From Bacillales bacterium UBA6769 (GTDB lineage: Bacteria > Bacillota > Bacilli > Bacillales > UBA6769): DNA of 41,842 nucleotides. Location: positions 1 to 41,842 of the forward strand of contig DKGN01000145.1 of assembly GCA_002453275.1 (NCBI GenBank), read 5' to 3'. How positions within the stretch are numbered: position 1 is the stretch's first letter; each line of letters starts with the position of its first letter. The notes under the pieces were generated by a model. The model did no database searches, was not told where the DNA came from, and was given only the letters and a program-made list of their open reading frames with translations. This document shows, piece by piece, positions 29,343 through 38,179 of this stretch. Position numbers and translations under genes: made by a program.

Positions 29343-29924
29343 ATGAGAAAGTTAGGAATCATCTTGCTCTTAATCGGAGTCGGGCTTACCGTCCACTTTG
29401 GTTATGAGCATTGGCAAACGATGAGTTCTGTCACTAATTTCGACGGCGAAGTCAAAAAGTTAAAAGCTAAAAATCATACAGATTCAGCAGAAGCTAATTC
29501 CGAGTATAAACGAGGCGAGGATGTTGCAACCCTCGTCATCCCAAAACTAAACAAAGCTTTTGAAGTCTATTGGGGTACAGATGAAAATACACTAGCAAAA
29601 GGGGTAGGCATGTACGTAAGTGATGTGACCGTTCCCCCAGGAGAAGATGGTCACACTGTCTTATCAGGTCATCGTGATTCCGTCTTTCGGCCACTTGGTG
29701 AACTTGAAGATGGCGATCGGTTTTACGTCATTTATCAAGGAGAAGACTATGAATATAAAATTAACGATACATGGATTACGGATGCAGACGATCGATCAGT
29801 CATCGTCGAAAAAGATGAACCAACCTTAACGATGTCGACCTGCTATCCCTTTACTTATTTTGGTGATGCCCCCGACCGTTATATTATCCAAGCCAATCTC
29901 GTACAAAAAGGGGATTTGTTATAG
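29343..29924 (+). CDS. Class D sortase
   Basis: N-terminal TM; VLSGHRDS, TMSTCYPF, DRYII catalytic H/C/R. Confidence 0.9.
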   Translation: MRKLGIILLLIGVGLTVHFGYEHWQTMSSVTNFDGEVKKLKAKNHTDSAEANSEYKRGEDVATLVIPKLNKAFEVYWGTDENTLAKGVGMYVSDVTVPPGEDGHTVLSGHRDSVFRPLGELEDGDRFYVIYQGEDYEYKINDTWITDADDRSVIVEKDEPTLTMSTCYPFTYFGDAPDRYIIQANLVQKGDLL

Positions 29925-29994
29925 TAGCCTTACATGCAAATGCTAAAATATCACAATAGCTGAAACAAAATTAATAGAAATAAGGTAGGGATAC

Positions 29995-30384
29995 ATGATG
30001 GAATTTAAAATGAATGACGAAAATGGCTTTTCGATGAAGACGGGGTATGGCGCTCTCCGAATTTCCTCCAATGATGAAGACGGTTATCGTCCATATCAAC
30101 TTCTCGTTGCTTCGATCGTTGGATGTAGTGCAAATATTTTCAAAGACATATTAATCAAAATGCGTATGGAATTACAAAACATAGAAGTCACTACTCAAGT
30201 TGAAAGAAATGAAGAAAAAGCGAATCGCATTGAATCGATGAAGATTCACTTTGTTCTCAAAGGAAACAACCTTCGCCATGACAAAATAAAAAGAGCACTT
30301 GCCCTTTCTCGTAAAAACTGTGGCATGATTCAAACGATCGAAAGCAGTGTACATGTCACAGAAACATTTGAAATTGTAGAATAA
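29995..30384 (+). CDS. OsmC-like protein
   Basis: GYRPYQLLVASIVGCS...KNCGM two-Cys pattern. Confidence 0.85.
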   Translation: MMEFKMNDENGFSMKTGYGALRISSNDEDGYRPYQLLVASIVGCSANIFKDILIKMRMELQNIEVTTQVERNEEKANRIESMKIHFVLKGNNLRHDKIKRALALSRKNCGMIQTIESSVHVTETFEIVE

Positions 30385-30409
30385 CTTAAACTTTAAAACA
30401 CAAAAACAC

Positions 30410-30437
30410 AAGAGGAACCAAGTTTTCGGTTCCTCTT
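30410..30437. terminator. Terminator hairpin between convergent genes
   Basis: AAGAGGAACC-AAGTTTTC-GGTTCCTCTT. Confidence 0.75.
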
Positions 30438-30453
30438 AAAATTGTGCACATTT

Positions 30454-30741
30454 TTATTGCATATTGTTGTTTTGTTGACTTTGTTGAGCTTGCTGTACTT
30501 GTTGCTGAGCTTGTTGAAGTTGCTCTTGTGCTTGTTGCAACTGCTGTTGTTCTTGCTGATTTGCTTGAGCACTTGCTTGAGATTGCATTTGTTGGAGCTG
30601 TTGTTGCGCTTGTTGAAGCTGTTGCTGGGCCTGTTGTAACTGTTGTGGATCTGCACTTGCTTGTGCTTGTTGCACCGCCTGCTGGGCTTGTTGGGCAGCT
30701 TGAACAACTTGTTGGAGTTGTTGTTGATTTTGCTGTGGCAT
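30454..30741 (-). CDS. Glutamine-rich small protein (95 aa, 53 Gln), probably spore-specific
   Basis: AGGAGG RBS before ATG 30741; heptad L-QQ-A-QQQ repeats; SigG-like promoter upstream, terminator downstream. Confidence 0.8.
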   Translation of the reverse strand: MPQQNQQQLQQVVQAAQQAQQAVQQAQASADPQQLQQAQQQLQQAQQQLQQMQSQASAQANQQEQQQLQQAQEQLQQAQQQVQQAQQSQQNNNMQ

Positions 30742-30783
30742 ATGTAACCCTCCTAAAAATAGTAGTAAAAGCAAATCATTTAT

Positions 30784-30813
30784 TAGTGTGTGGTACAGAA
30801 ACGAGATTTATAC
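30784..30813 (-). promoter_or_regulatory. Putative SigG (forespore) promoter
   Basis: Minus strand GTATA-N18-CACACTA. Confidence 0.6.
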
Positions 30814-30894
30814 ACAGGATTTTCATAACCATTCGAGAATACATAAGAAGAGTAGAAAAAATAAAAAGGTTTTTTTGAAAGGAGCTTATTTCCT

Positions 30895-31458
30895 ATGTAT
30901 GACATTGCAATTATCGGTGGAGGGCCTGCTGGAGCAACTGCAGCATTGTATACGGCAAAAGCAGGTAAACAAACATTACTCATTGACGATGACAAAGGCA
31001 TGACAAGACGAGCATTGCTCAAAAACTATTACGCCGTGACGGAGATGGATGGACCAACGATGGTTGATACAGGGCTTAAGCAAGCAGAAAAGTTAGGAGC
31101 TATTCTCGTAAAGGATACGGCTCAAGACCTCAAGCAAACAGAGAATGCTTTCGTCATTACTACGGAAAATGCTAGCTATGAAGCAAAGTATGTCATCTTA
31201 GCTACAGGAGCAGCTGTCAATTTCGCAGAAAAAATTGGTGTAGACACGAAAGCGGGAACAGAGCCTAGAATACAAAAAGTTATTGATGTCGATCAAGATG
31301 GAAAATCAAATATTGATGGAATATGGGCGGCAGGTACGTGTGCAGGAGTTAGCGTGCATGCAATCATTACTGCTGGCGACGGAGCAAAGGTGGCAATCAA
31401 CGTTATAAGTGAAATAAATGGGGAGCGTTATGTCGATCATGATGTTCTTGAATCATGA
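30895..31458 (+). CDS. Short thioredoxin-reductase-like FAD-binding oxidoreductase
   Basis: IIGGGPAG, VILATG, WAAG...AGDG; only 187 aa. Confidence 0.85.
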   Translation: MYDIAIIGGGPAGATAALYTAKAGKQTLLIDDDKGMTRRALLKNYYAVTEMDGPTMVDTGLKQAEKLGAILVKDTAQDLKQTENAFVITTENASYEAKYVILATGAAVNFAEKIGVDTKAGTEPRIQKVIDVDQDGKSNIDGIWAAGTCAGVSVHAIITAGDGAKVAINVISEINGERYVDHDVLES

Positions 31459-31487
31459 AAAAAGCATGAAGGGAATTCCCTTCATGC
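31459..31487. terminator. Terminator hairpin between convergent genes
   Basis: GCATGAAGGG-AATT-CCCTTCATGC with an A-run on the left (U-tail for the minus strand). Confidence 0.8.
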
Positions 31488-31491
31488 CAGC

Positions 31492-31731
31492 TTAAGAATA
31501 ATGATCCTCTTGATCACTTACTTCATCTTTTAACTCTTCACGAAATCCTTTAATGCTTTCTTCCCGCCGTTTGTTCTTTTCGCGAATTTGCTGTTTCGTT
31601 TCTTCACTCATCTGTTCTTCGTGCGCTTCTAGATAGTCCTCCGCTTCATTTTTGTTTTGAAGCGTATCACCGATCATTCTTTCCAATTTTTCTGGGTTGT
31701 CTGAGCGATCGTCTCGCTTTGGCTTTGGCAT
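31492..31731 (-). CDS. tlp: Small acid-soluble spore protein Tlp
   Basis: DDRSDNPEKL...KNKRREESIKGFREELKDE. Confidence 0.9.
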   Translation of the reverse strand: MPKPKRDDRSDNPEKLERMIGDTLQNKNEAEDYLEAHEEQMSEETKQQIREKNKRREESIKGFREELKDEVSDQEDHYS

Positions 31732-31788
31732 CTAACATTCCTCCTTCAGCTTTTGAATGTTAGTATGTACCGACGAACGACGAAACAT

Positions 31789-32877
31789 TTATGCTTGCTC
31801 ATTTTTCTCTCCATCATCTTCATCAACGTAAAGCTTGTGAGCCGTTAATGCCAATTCAACGCCTTCATCATCTAAAATTTCTAAGATGCGAAAATTAATG
31901 TCCTCGCGAATGTCCAAATAGTCGACCCAGCCCGTCGTTTTCGTAAAAAAGTAAAAGTAAATCGAAAATCCATTTTCAAGAAATTCATTAAACTTTACAA
32001 TAATGGTTTCTGGGTGGACTTCTTCATGTTGCTTAATTAACGTCTCAATCTTCGCTACGGTAGAACGGAGCTTGTCCTGTGGTGTATTGTGAGCCACATC
32101 AAGGCTAAACGTAATTTGACGTTTTCCGATTTCACTCCAATTCGTAATCGGCTCCTTCGCTAACGTGGCATTCGGAACAGTGACCAAGGCATCCGCAAAC
32201 GTACGCACCCTCGTACTGCGAAATGTAATATCTTCAACTATCCCTTCAACACTCGGTGTCAAAATCCAATCATCAATCGTAAATGGTTTTTCTGTAATGA
32301 TGATGACCCCACCGAATAAATTCGCAATCGCATCCTGAGCCGCTAATGAAAAAGCAAGACCGCCAAGCCCTAACCCTGCAACAAAACCACTGATGTTATA
32401 TCCGAATTCTTGAGCAATGATACTAAAGCTAATTGCTAAAACAATAAAGCGTAATGCTCTCGAGAAAAATGGAATGAGAATTTCGTCCAACTCCATATTA
32501 AATCGATCATTCACACGTCTAAAAAACAAGGAAGATACTGATGCTAAATTGTAAAATCCCCATGTGATTAGCACAATAATAGAGGCTCGGACAAAATCTA
32601 AAAATAACGGATTTTGCTGATTTAAATAAGGAAAAGACCCAACAGAAATATAAATACCAATGACGATAAAAAACCATTGCATCGGCTTTTTAAACGCAAG
32701 CAAAATAGAGGAAAGCATTTCACCTGGCGTTTTTTTACCTAACTTGTTCAATATGGAAAAGACATATTTCGTAAATAACTTCCGGAATAATAAAAACAGA
32801 AAAAAGACTACTATTGAGATTCCGATATTCCGGACATTTTCATCAAATAAAATAAAATCCCAAAGTTCTACAATCAT
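31789..32877 (-). CDS. MscS family mechanosensitive channel
   Basis: AGLGLGGLAFSLAAQD, EKPF..DWI, EDITFRST, VTVPN. Confidence 0.92.
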   Translation of the reverse strand: MIVELWDFILFDENVRNIGISIVVFFLFLLFRKLFTKYVFSILNKLGKKTPGEMLSSILLAFKKPMQWFFIVIGIYISVGSFPYLNQQNPLFLDFVRASIIVLITWGFYNLASVSSLFFRRVNDRFNMELDEILIPFFSRALRFIVLAISFSIIAQEFGYNISGFVAGLGLGGLAFSLAAQDAIANLFGGVIIITEKPFTIDDWILTPSVEGIVEDITFRSTRVRTFADALVTVPNATLAKEPITNWSEIGKRQITFSLDVAHNTPQDKLRSTVAKIETLIKQHEEVHPETIIVKFNEFLENGFSIYFYFFTKTTGWVDYLDIREDINFRILEILDDEGVELALTAHKLYVDEDDGEKNEQA

Positions 32878-32930
32878 CCCGCTACCTCCTATCGGATTCT
32901 AGTTATTTTACCACAGCGGAAAAAGGAAAG

Positions 32931-32964
32931 AAAAAAGTGAAGCTCGGACATCCGCTTCACCTTT
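32931..32964 (-). terminator. Intrinsic terminator after uppP
   Basis: GTGAAGC..GCTTCAC stem with A-run on plus strand. Confidence 0.65.
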
Positions 32965-32965
32965 T

Positions 32966-33784
32966 CTAAGCGAAAATTAGGATCGCAATACCGACAATGA
33001 AACAATAAAGACTAAAATAAATTAAATTCCCTCTTTGCATAATGCCCATGAACCATTTCAATGCGAAGTAAGACGCAATAATCGATACGAGAAATGCAAC
33101 GAGATACGGAATAAATAACGTCGATAAATCCGGATCATTCGCAATATCTTTCACGCTCAGCAACGTCCCACCAACGCTAACGGGGATATAAAGCAAAAAA
33201 GAAAATCGCAAGGCTGTCTCAGGCTTCATCCCAAGTCCAATTGCCGCCACGATCGTCGCACCAGACCGACTGATCCCCGGCACAAGCGCAACCATTTGTG
33301 CTAACCCAACAATGATTGCATCCCGTAGCCGTAAATCTTTATCTTGCTTTTTTCCGCGTAGGTTCCGAATGACAAATAAAGCAATTCCTGTAATAAGCAA
33401 TGTAATGGCAATTCCCTTCACACCGCTTTTAAAAACATTTGAAATTTTCTCTTCAAACAAAACACCTACGACACCTGCTGGGATCGTTGCAACGACTAAA
33501 TACAAAATAAACCGAAAATCAGTCTTCGCCTCTTCGTCTCTCGTCACCAAATAAGACAAACCATTTTTCGTTAGACGAACGATGTCTTCACGATAAATGA
33601 TGAGAACCGCAATAAGTGAACCTGCGTTCACAAGCAGCTCGAACGTAAGCTTTTCAGTATAAATACCCAAAAAATGTTGCGCTAAAACGAGATGTCCACT
33701 TGATGAGATCGGAATTGGCTCCGTAATGCCTTGGAGTAACCCTAAAAATAAATACTTAACTAACGTTACAATCTCCGTTACCAT
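32966..33784 (-). CDS. uppP: Undecaprenyl-diphosphate phosphatase (BacA/UppP)
   Basis: [22 protein letters not shown]. Confidence 0.95.
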   Translation of the reverse strand: MVTEIVTLVKYLFLGLLQGITEPIPISSSGHLVLAQHFLGIYTEKLTFELLVNAGSLIAVLIIYREDIVRLTKNGLSYLVTRDEEAKTDFRFILYLVVATIPAGVVGVLFEEKISNVFKSGVKGIAITLLITGIALFVIRNLRGKKQDKDLRLRDAIIVGLAQMVALVPGISRSGATIVAAIGLGMKPETALRFSFLLYIPVSVGGTLLSVKDIANDPDLSTLFIPYLVAFLVSIIASYFALKWFMGIMQRGNLIYFSLYCFIVGIAILIFA

Positions 33785-33827
33785 GGCCTCATTCCCCTTT
33801 TTCTCAAGCCCCGAAAGCTTTACATGC

Positions 33828-34667
33828 TCATTCTTCTAACTTTTGAATGGATATGCGAACCGATTGTTCATTATACTTGCCGTATGCCGCATGATACGTC
33901 GGACCAACACCTCGTTTAAACCCAAATGAGTGGCGGATTGCCGCTGTAATGAACTTTTTCGCTTTTTCAACTGCTTCTAGTACAGTTTTCCCTTTTGCCA
34001 GCTCAGCTGCAATCGCTGCAGAATACGTACAGCCTGCTCCGTTTGTATGAATGGTATCAATACGCGGCGATTCAAGTATGTAAAATTGCGTTCCATCAAA
34101 TAAGACATCAACGGCCGGTCCTTCTAACCGACCACCTTTTACGAGCACATACTCTGATCCGAGCTGATGCAACGACTGAGCGGCTTCCATTAAGTCGTCC
34201 ACAGTCGTCAGTTCATCCTGATCTAATAACCTCGCAGCTTCGGGCATATTCGGAGTAATTACCTTTGCAAGCGGAATGAGTTTCTTCTTCATCGCTTCAA
34301 TAGCATCATCTTTTAAGAGGGCAGATCCCATTTTTCCTATCATAACAGGGTCAACGACGATATTCTTCGTTTTCATTTCCTGAATCCATCCAGCTACTTT
34401 TAAAATAACTTCTTCAGTAAACAGCATTCCTGTCTTCACCGCATCAACACCGATATCTCTTAAAATGGTATACATTTGCGCTTCAATCGCGTCAACAGAT
34501 TGCGGATAAATTCCTTGTTTCTTTTCAGGATGTGTTGCAACAATGGCTGTCATCACGCACATCCCGTATACATCTAGTTCTTGAAATGTTTTCAAGTCAG
34601 CTTGAATGCCGGCGCCTCCCCTTGCTGCAGCACCCGCAATTGATAAAGCTCGATACATACGTTTCAT
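33828..34667 (-). CDS. thiD: ThiD/PdxK-family HMP(P)/pyridoxal kinase
   Basis: [42 protein letters not shown]; substrate specificity uncertain. Confidence 0.8.
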   Translation of the reverse strand: MKRMYRALSIAGAAARGGAGIQADLKTFQELDVYGMCVMTAIVATHPEKKQGIYPQSVDAIEAQMYTILRDIGVDAVKTGMLFTEEVILKVAGWIQEMKTKNIVVDPVMIGKMGSALLKDDAIEAMKKKLIPLAKVITPNMPEAARLLDQDELTTVDDLMEAAQSLHQLGSEYVLVKGGRLEGPAVDVLFDGTQFYILESPRIDTIHTNGAGCTYSAAIAAELAKGKTVLEAVEKAKKFITAAIRHSFGFKRGVGPTYHAAYGKYNEQSVRISIQKLEE

Positions 34668-34874
34668 CATTTCCTTTCTCTTGTCACGCTTCACGTCTCT
34701 CAATGTATTTGTTTTTCTCATTCTTTAAATCTAGCGTATAAATCGATGTTTCTCAAATAAAATTTTCAATATTTCAAGCATGAATTTTTAAATTTTGCAA
34801 AAAATATAGGTGCTTCCCCTTTTGTAACGGATCCATGAACCGCTTGGAAAAATATGAAAAGGATGAGAGGACCG

Positions 34875-35018
34875 ATGAATAACGAGTGTTTTTATTGCAA
34901 CGACCTGCTTGAAGAAAAAACAGTACATTTTATTTCTTTTTTTCACGAATATCAGGATCGTGAAGAAGCATTGTGCAGTGGCTGTTACTCTGAGTGGCTA
35001 GAAGGGATTAAGGAGTAA
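34875..35018 (+). CDS. 47-aa four-Cys (CxxC..CxxC) putative zinc-finger protein, not in the ORF track
   Basis: GAGAGG RBS; MNNECFYCNDLLEEKTVHFISFFHEYQDREEALCSGCYSEWLEGIKE; terminator directly downstream. Confidence 0.75.
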   Translation: MNNECFYCNDLLEEKTVHFISFFHEYQDREEALCSGCYSEWLEGIKE

Positions 35019-35023
35019 GCAAT

Positions 35024-35059
35024 AAAGACGTGAAGCTAAACATTAGCCCCACGTCTTTT
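35024..35059. terminator. Bidirectional terminator
   Basis: AAAGACGTG...GCTAA..TTAGC...CACGTCTTTT. Confidence 0.75.
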
Positions 35060-35061
35060 CA

Positions 35062-36324
35062 TTATAAACCATTTGGTTTCACATTTTTTAAGATAACCTT
35101 GCTCTTTGGAATGCTTGGCATCGCCACCATGCTATAGCTTAAATCTTGGTCAGGTATGTCGTAATCGATCAGATTTACAAGGTAATCAAGACTCACTTTC
35201 ATTATGTCAATTGTCACAAACTCACCCGCGCAACGGTGTCCCATTATATAATCTCCGCCACCTTGTGGGATCAAATCGTATAAGCTAGGATCTCGGTTTT
35301 TGAATCGTTCAGGGTTAAATTCACTAGGGTTATTCCAAAGCTTTGGGTCATGATTTGTTCCATATAAATCAAGCATAGTTAAAGTCCCTTGTTGAAACAA
35401 GTAATTGTTCCATGTGAAGTCTTTTTTCACACGTGCCACAGCAAATGGGAAGAATGGATAATAACGGCGAACTTCCTCAATAAATAATGGGGAGTATGCT
35501 TTGAAGTTTAATTGCAGCTTCTCTTTTTCATGTGGGTAATGATGTAGTGCAAGAGCAAGAAAGTTAACATAAATCGCAACCGCTACAATTGGCCGTAAAA
35601 TGTTAATCACCTCGACTGCGGCAACTTCAGGTACGAGGAGTTCCTCATCTTCATCACGATGCCAAGCAATCGTATGCAACGCTGTTTCCCGTTCAGGCAT
35701 ATACGTTCCTTCTCTTACTTTACCAATTAGATTGCTAATCCATTTTTCAGCTTTGTTTCTGCTCATTCGGCCACGCCAATGCTCAGGTCCAAACGAAGCA
35801 GGAGATTCAAACAAACGACTTAATGCATCGGTTCTTTCTTGCAATTCCTCCCTTGATAATCGAATACCAGCCCACTGACATGCCACGCTACACAGTATTG
35901 ACTTTCCCTCTTCATACAACACAACTTGTTCCTTCTGCTTCCAATTTTTCAGTGCCTGTGCCCATTCCTTTTGTGTCAAGTCCGTAAGCTTTGCTAGGTT
36001 CTCAGGGGTCATAAGGGACATGAACATTTCTTTCCGATGCTTATGATGACTCCCATCTAATGTTTGTACACCTTTTTCTCCAAATAATGTTTCTCGGACT
36101 CGATTTGGTGCCGCCCCTTGCCGTTGAAACTTCTCATTATTATAAAAAAGTTCCGCTGCTTCTTTTCCACCTAGACAAATGGCCTTTTGACCAAGTAATC
36201 GTGTTTCAAAAACATCAGCTTGAAAACTTTCCCGGCGGTTCAATATGTAACGATATCCCTCTCTTAATAGACTAACACTATGATCGATCCCTTCTTCCCT
36301 CGGTACTGACTGTTTATCATTCAC
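35062..36324 (-). CDS. cypC: Cytochrome P450 CYP152-family fatty-acid peroxygenase
   Basis: LFG..GVQTLDG, INILRP (Arg-Pro), [15 protein letters not shown]...GHRCAGE; start uncertain (GTG 36324). Confidence 0.9.
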   Translation of the reverse strand: MNDKQSVPREEGIDHSVSLLREGYRYILNRRESFQADVFETRLLGQKAICLGGKEAAELFYNNEKFQRQGAAPNRVRETLFGEKGVQTLDGSHHKHRKEMFMSLMTPENLAKLTDLTQKEWAQALKNWKQKEQVVLYEEGKSILCSVACQWAGIRLSREELQERTDALSRLFESPASFGPEHWRGRMSRNKAEKWISNLIGKVREGTYMPERETALHTIAWHRDEDEELLVPEVAAVEVINILRPIVAVAIYVNFLALALHHYPHEKEKLQLNFKAYSPLFIEEVRRYYPFFPFAVARVKKDFTWNNYLFQQGTLTMLDLYGTNHDPKLWNNPSEFNPERFKNRDPSLYDLIPQGGGDYIMGHRCAGEFVTIDIMKVSLDYLVNLIDYDIPDQDLSYSMVAMPSIPKSKVILKNVKPNGL

Positions 36325-36450
36325 GTTGCTCACATCCCTTTCAATCAATATCATCATTGTTCCCTATTTAGAAAGGTTCAAGCACGGGACAGGGAGATGT
36401 GTAGACAATTAATACGGTTTACTTCGTATAGGAAGCCGATTCAATAAGGA

Positions 36451-36485
36451 AGTCGAGATGCTCCATCCACCTCGACTTTGTCTTT
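36451..36485. terminator. Terminator-like hairpin after the MBL gene
   Basis: AAGTCGAG...CTCGACTT. Confidence 0.55.
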
Positions 36486-37330
36486 TAGTGAAGATATTTT
36501 CCATGGCTTGGAAGCGCAATACGGTCAAAGTCACGAGCAAGCATGTCTAAGCCTTCCAGTAGTTCTTTTCCAGACAACGGTAACCCATGACCGGTAACAG
36601 CAACCGAGGGCTTCAATGCTTCTAATGATGTCACGGATTCTTTTGCTGCCTTCCAGTCAGTCGTTAAATACCGCGGCGGACCGCTAATTTCTTTTTCTTG
36701 TGTCATCACTTTATATAAATATTCTTGTTTAACCGTCACGAATGCATCTCCAACAATTAATGCTCTGTCTTGTTCACGAAAGAAGGAGACATGACCTGGT
36801 GAATGTCCTGGTGTATGAATCCAGCGGAAACCGTGCATATGAGGAACGGTCCCGTCTGAAGGTAGCTCATGAATATGCTTCCCTAAATCAATCGGTTCAT
36901 TTGGAAATAGTGGTGACATTTTAGCAACCATCCCACCCTCGACTGAAGGATCAGGTTCTGGATAACTTTGTTTTCCAGTTAAAAATGGCATCTCCAAGTG
37001 ATGAGCATAGACAGGAACACTCCAATGCTCAATTAATTCGATTAAAGCCCCGACATGATCAAAATGACCATGTGTCAAAATTATCGCTTGTGGTCGACTA
37101 TTTTTGCCAAAGCGCTCCTCAACAACGGATATGATTTTTTCTGCAGAATGTGGCATACCTGCATCAACGAGCACAAAGTCTTTTGCCTCTGGATGACCGA
37201 CTAGATGAATATTAACGATTTGGATTGTAAAGCAATACACATCTGGGAGTACTTCAATTCCTACCCCACTCCCTACCGAGGTTGCGGGAATGTATTTATA
37301 ATCGTCTCCGTAACGCATTTCTTTGTCCAT
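36485..37330 (-). CDS. Metallo-beta-lactamase-fold hydrolase
   Basis: LVDAG, LTHGHFDH, HTPGH, GDA, TGHG; start moved to ATG 37330. Confidence 0.9.
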   Translation of the reverse strand: MDKEMRYGDDYKYIPATSVGSGVGIEVLPDVYCFTIQIVNIHLVGHPEAKDFVLVDAGMPHSAEKIISVVEERFGKNSRPQAIILTHGHFDHVGALIELIEHWSVPVYAHHLEMPFLTGKQSYPEPDPSVEGGMVAKMSPLFPNEPIDLGKHIHELPSDGTVPHMHGFRWIHTPGHSPGHVSFFREQDRALIVGDAFVTVKQEYLYKVMTQEKEISGPPRYLTTDWKAAKESVTSLEALKPSVAVTGHGLPLSGKELLEGLDMLARDFDRIALPSHGKYLH

Positions 37331-37387
37331 GAATGCCCTCCTGTTCCTTTTTCTTTTCATAGTCTTTCTCGATTTAGACAAAATATA

Positions 37388-37414
37388 ATCCCACTTTGCA
37401 ATAAAGTGGGATTA
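37388..37414 (-). terminator. Hairpin after the zinc-ribbon gene
   Basis: AATCCCACTTT-GCAAT-AAAGTGGGATT. Confidence 0.65.
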
Positions 37415-37654
37415 CGCTTCGCCAAATTTTATAAATGTTTGTTCATTTTCATTTAAGCCACAAACTGCACACTGCAGTCTTTTTTCAGGACCGTTATAGA
37501 CTTTATGTAATGGTCCTGGACTTTCACCACTCTCATACTGCTCAACGATGTCACCTGTTTGCGGATCAAGCTTCACTGCATAAGCGACTTGCTCAATTAT
37601 ATTAAACCTTGAACGATTCGTTTTACAATTTGGACAGCGATAACGTGTACTCAT
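37412..37654 (-). CDS. Small zinc-ribbon protein of unknown function
   Basis: CPNC ... CAVC; AGGAGG RBS. Confidence 0.8.
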   Translation of the reverse strand: MSTRYRCPNCKTNRSRFNIIEQVAYAVKLDPQTGDIVEQYESGESPGPLHKVYNGPEKRLQCAVCGLNENEQTFIKFGEA

Positions 37655-37712
37655 CGTAACCCTCCTTATGAATATGCTGTCCCGAATTGAAAATTATAAC
37701 CAAACAATTTTA

Positions 37713-37732
37713 TTAATTAAACGTTTAATTAA
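37713..37732. promoter_or_regulatory. Perfect 20-bp palindrome (copy 2), candidate RefZ-binding motif
   Basis: TTAATTAAACGTTTAATTAA. Confidence 0.45.
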
Positions 37733-37735
37733 ACT

Positions 37736-37993
37736 TCAGTTAGTTGTATCTCGCAGCTCTTTTAATCGTTCTCTGTACTCTTCCGTACTGATTTCACCTT
37801 TCGAATAGCGTTCACGCAAAATTGTAACCGCAGGATCTCGATCCTCATAATTTAAACTTTTTTGTGAAAATTTTCGAATAGCGTAGATAGCAAGCCAGAT
37901 TAAGAGACCCCACACAATAACTAATAAAATACCACCGATGATTATCAATGGAGGAAAACCACCCCATTGAGGACCATAATTCCAATGGTGCAC
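37736..37993 (-). CDS. SHOCT domain membrane protein
   Basis: One TM followed by ILRERYSKGEISTEEY. Confidence 0.85.
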   Translation of the reverse strand: MHHWNYGPQWGGFPPLIIIGGILLVIVWGLLIWLAIYAIRKFSQKSLNYEDRDPAVTILRERYSKGEISTEEYRERLKELRDTTN

Positions 37994-38108
37994 GATATCC
38001 CCTCCCTTGTATTAGTATGTCCCTCTTCAATACATAATTTAAACAAATTAATGCAAAACATGAAAAACACTAACATCAAATGGTCGTATCCGACAAAATT
38101 CCCCGGGA

Positions 38109-38137
38109 AATATATTTTCATTGTTGAATATTGTCAA
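38109..38137 (-). promoter_or_regulatory. Near-consensus SigA promoter downstream of glmM
   Basis: Minus strand TTGACA-N17-TATATT. Confidence 0.7.
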
Positions 38138-38139
38138 AT

Positions 38140-38173
38140 AGAAAGAAGCTATGCAATTTCTTGCAGAGCTTCT
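38140..38173 (-). terminator. Intrinsic terminator of cdaA-cdaR-glmM
   Basis: Minus strand AGAAGCTCTGCAA-GAAA-TTGCATAGCTTCT-TTCTATTT. Confidence 0.75.
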
Positions 38174-38179
38174 CCTTCT

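Noticed and set aside
30454..30741. Repetitive TTG/CTG DNA as CRISPR or satellite
   Set aside because: Explained by Gln codons; no repeat-spacer structure and no cas genes
30393..30878. Overlapping ORFs of 104, 65 and 144 aa around the Gln-rich gene
   Set aside because: Alternate-frame and antisense shadows of CAA/CAG repeats; only the Gln frame has an RBS, promoter and terminator
31761..31794. SigG/SigF promoter for tlp
   Set aside because: CATACTA -10 is present but GCATA lies 22 nt away, the wrong spacing, so not called
62..38000. Prophage, ICE or anti-phage defence island
   Set aside because: No integrase, transposase, phage, toxin-antitoxin or nuclease genes; content looks like ordinary Bacillaceae accessory physiology
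37994..38108. glmS ribozyme
   Set aside because: No AGCGCC/GACGAGG core; region is too short and AT-rich
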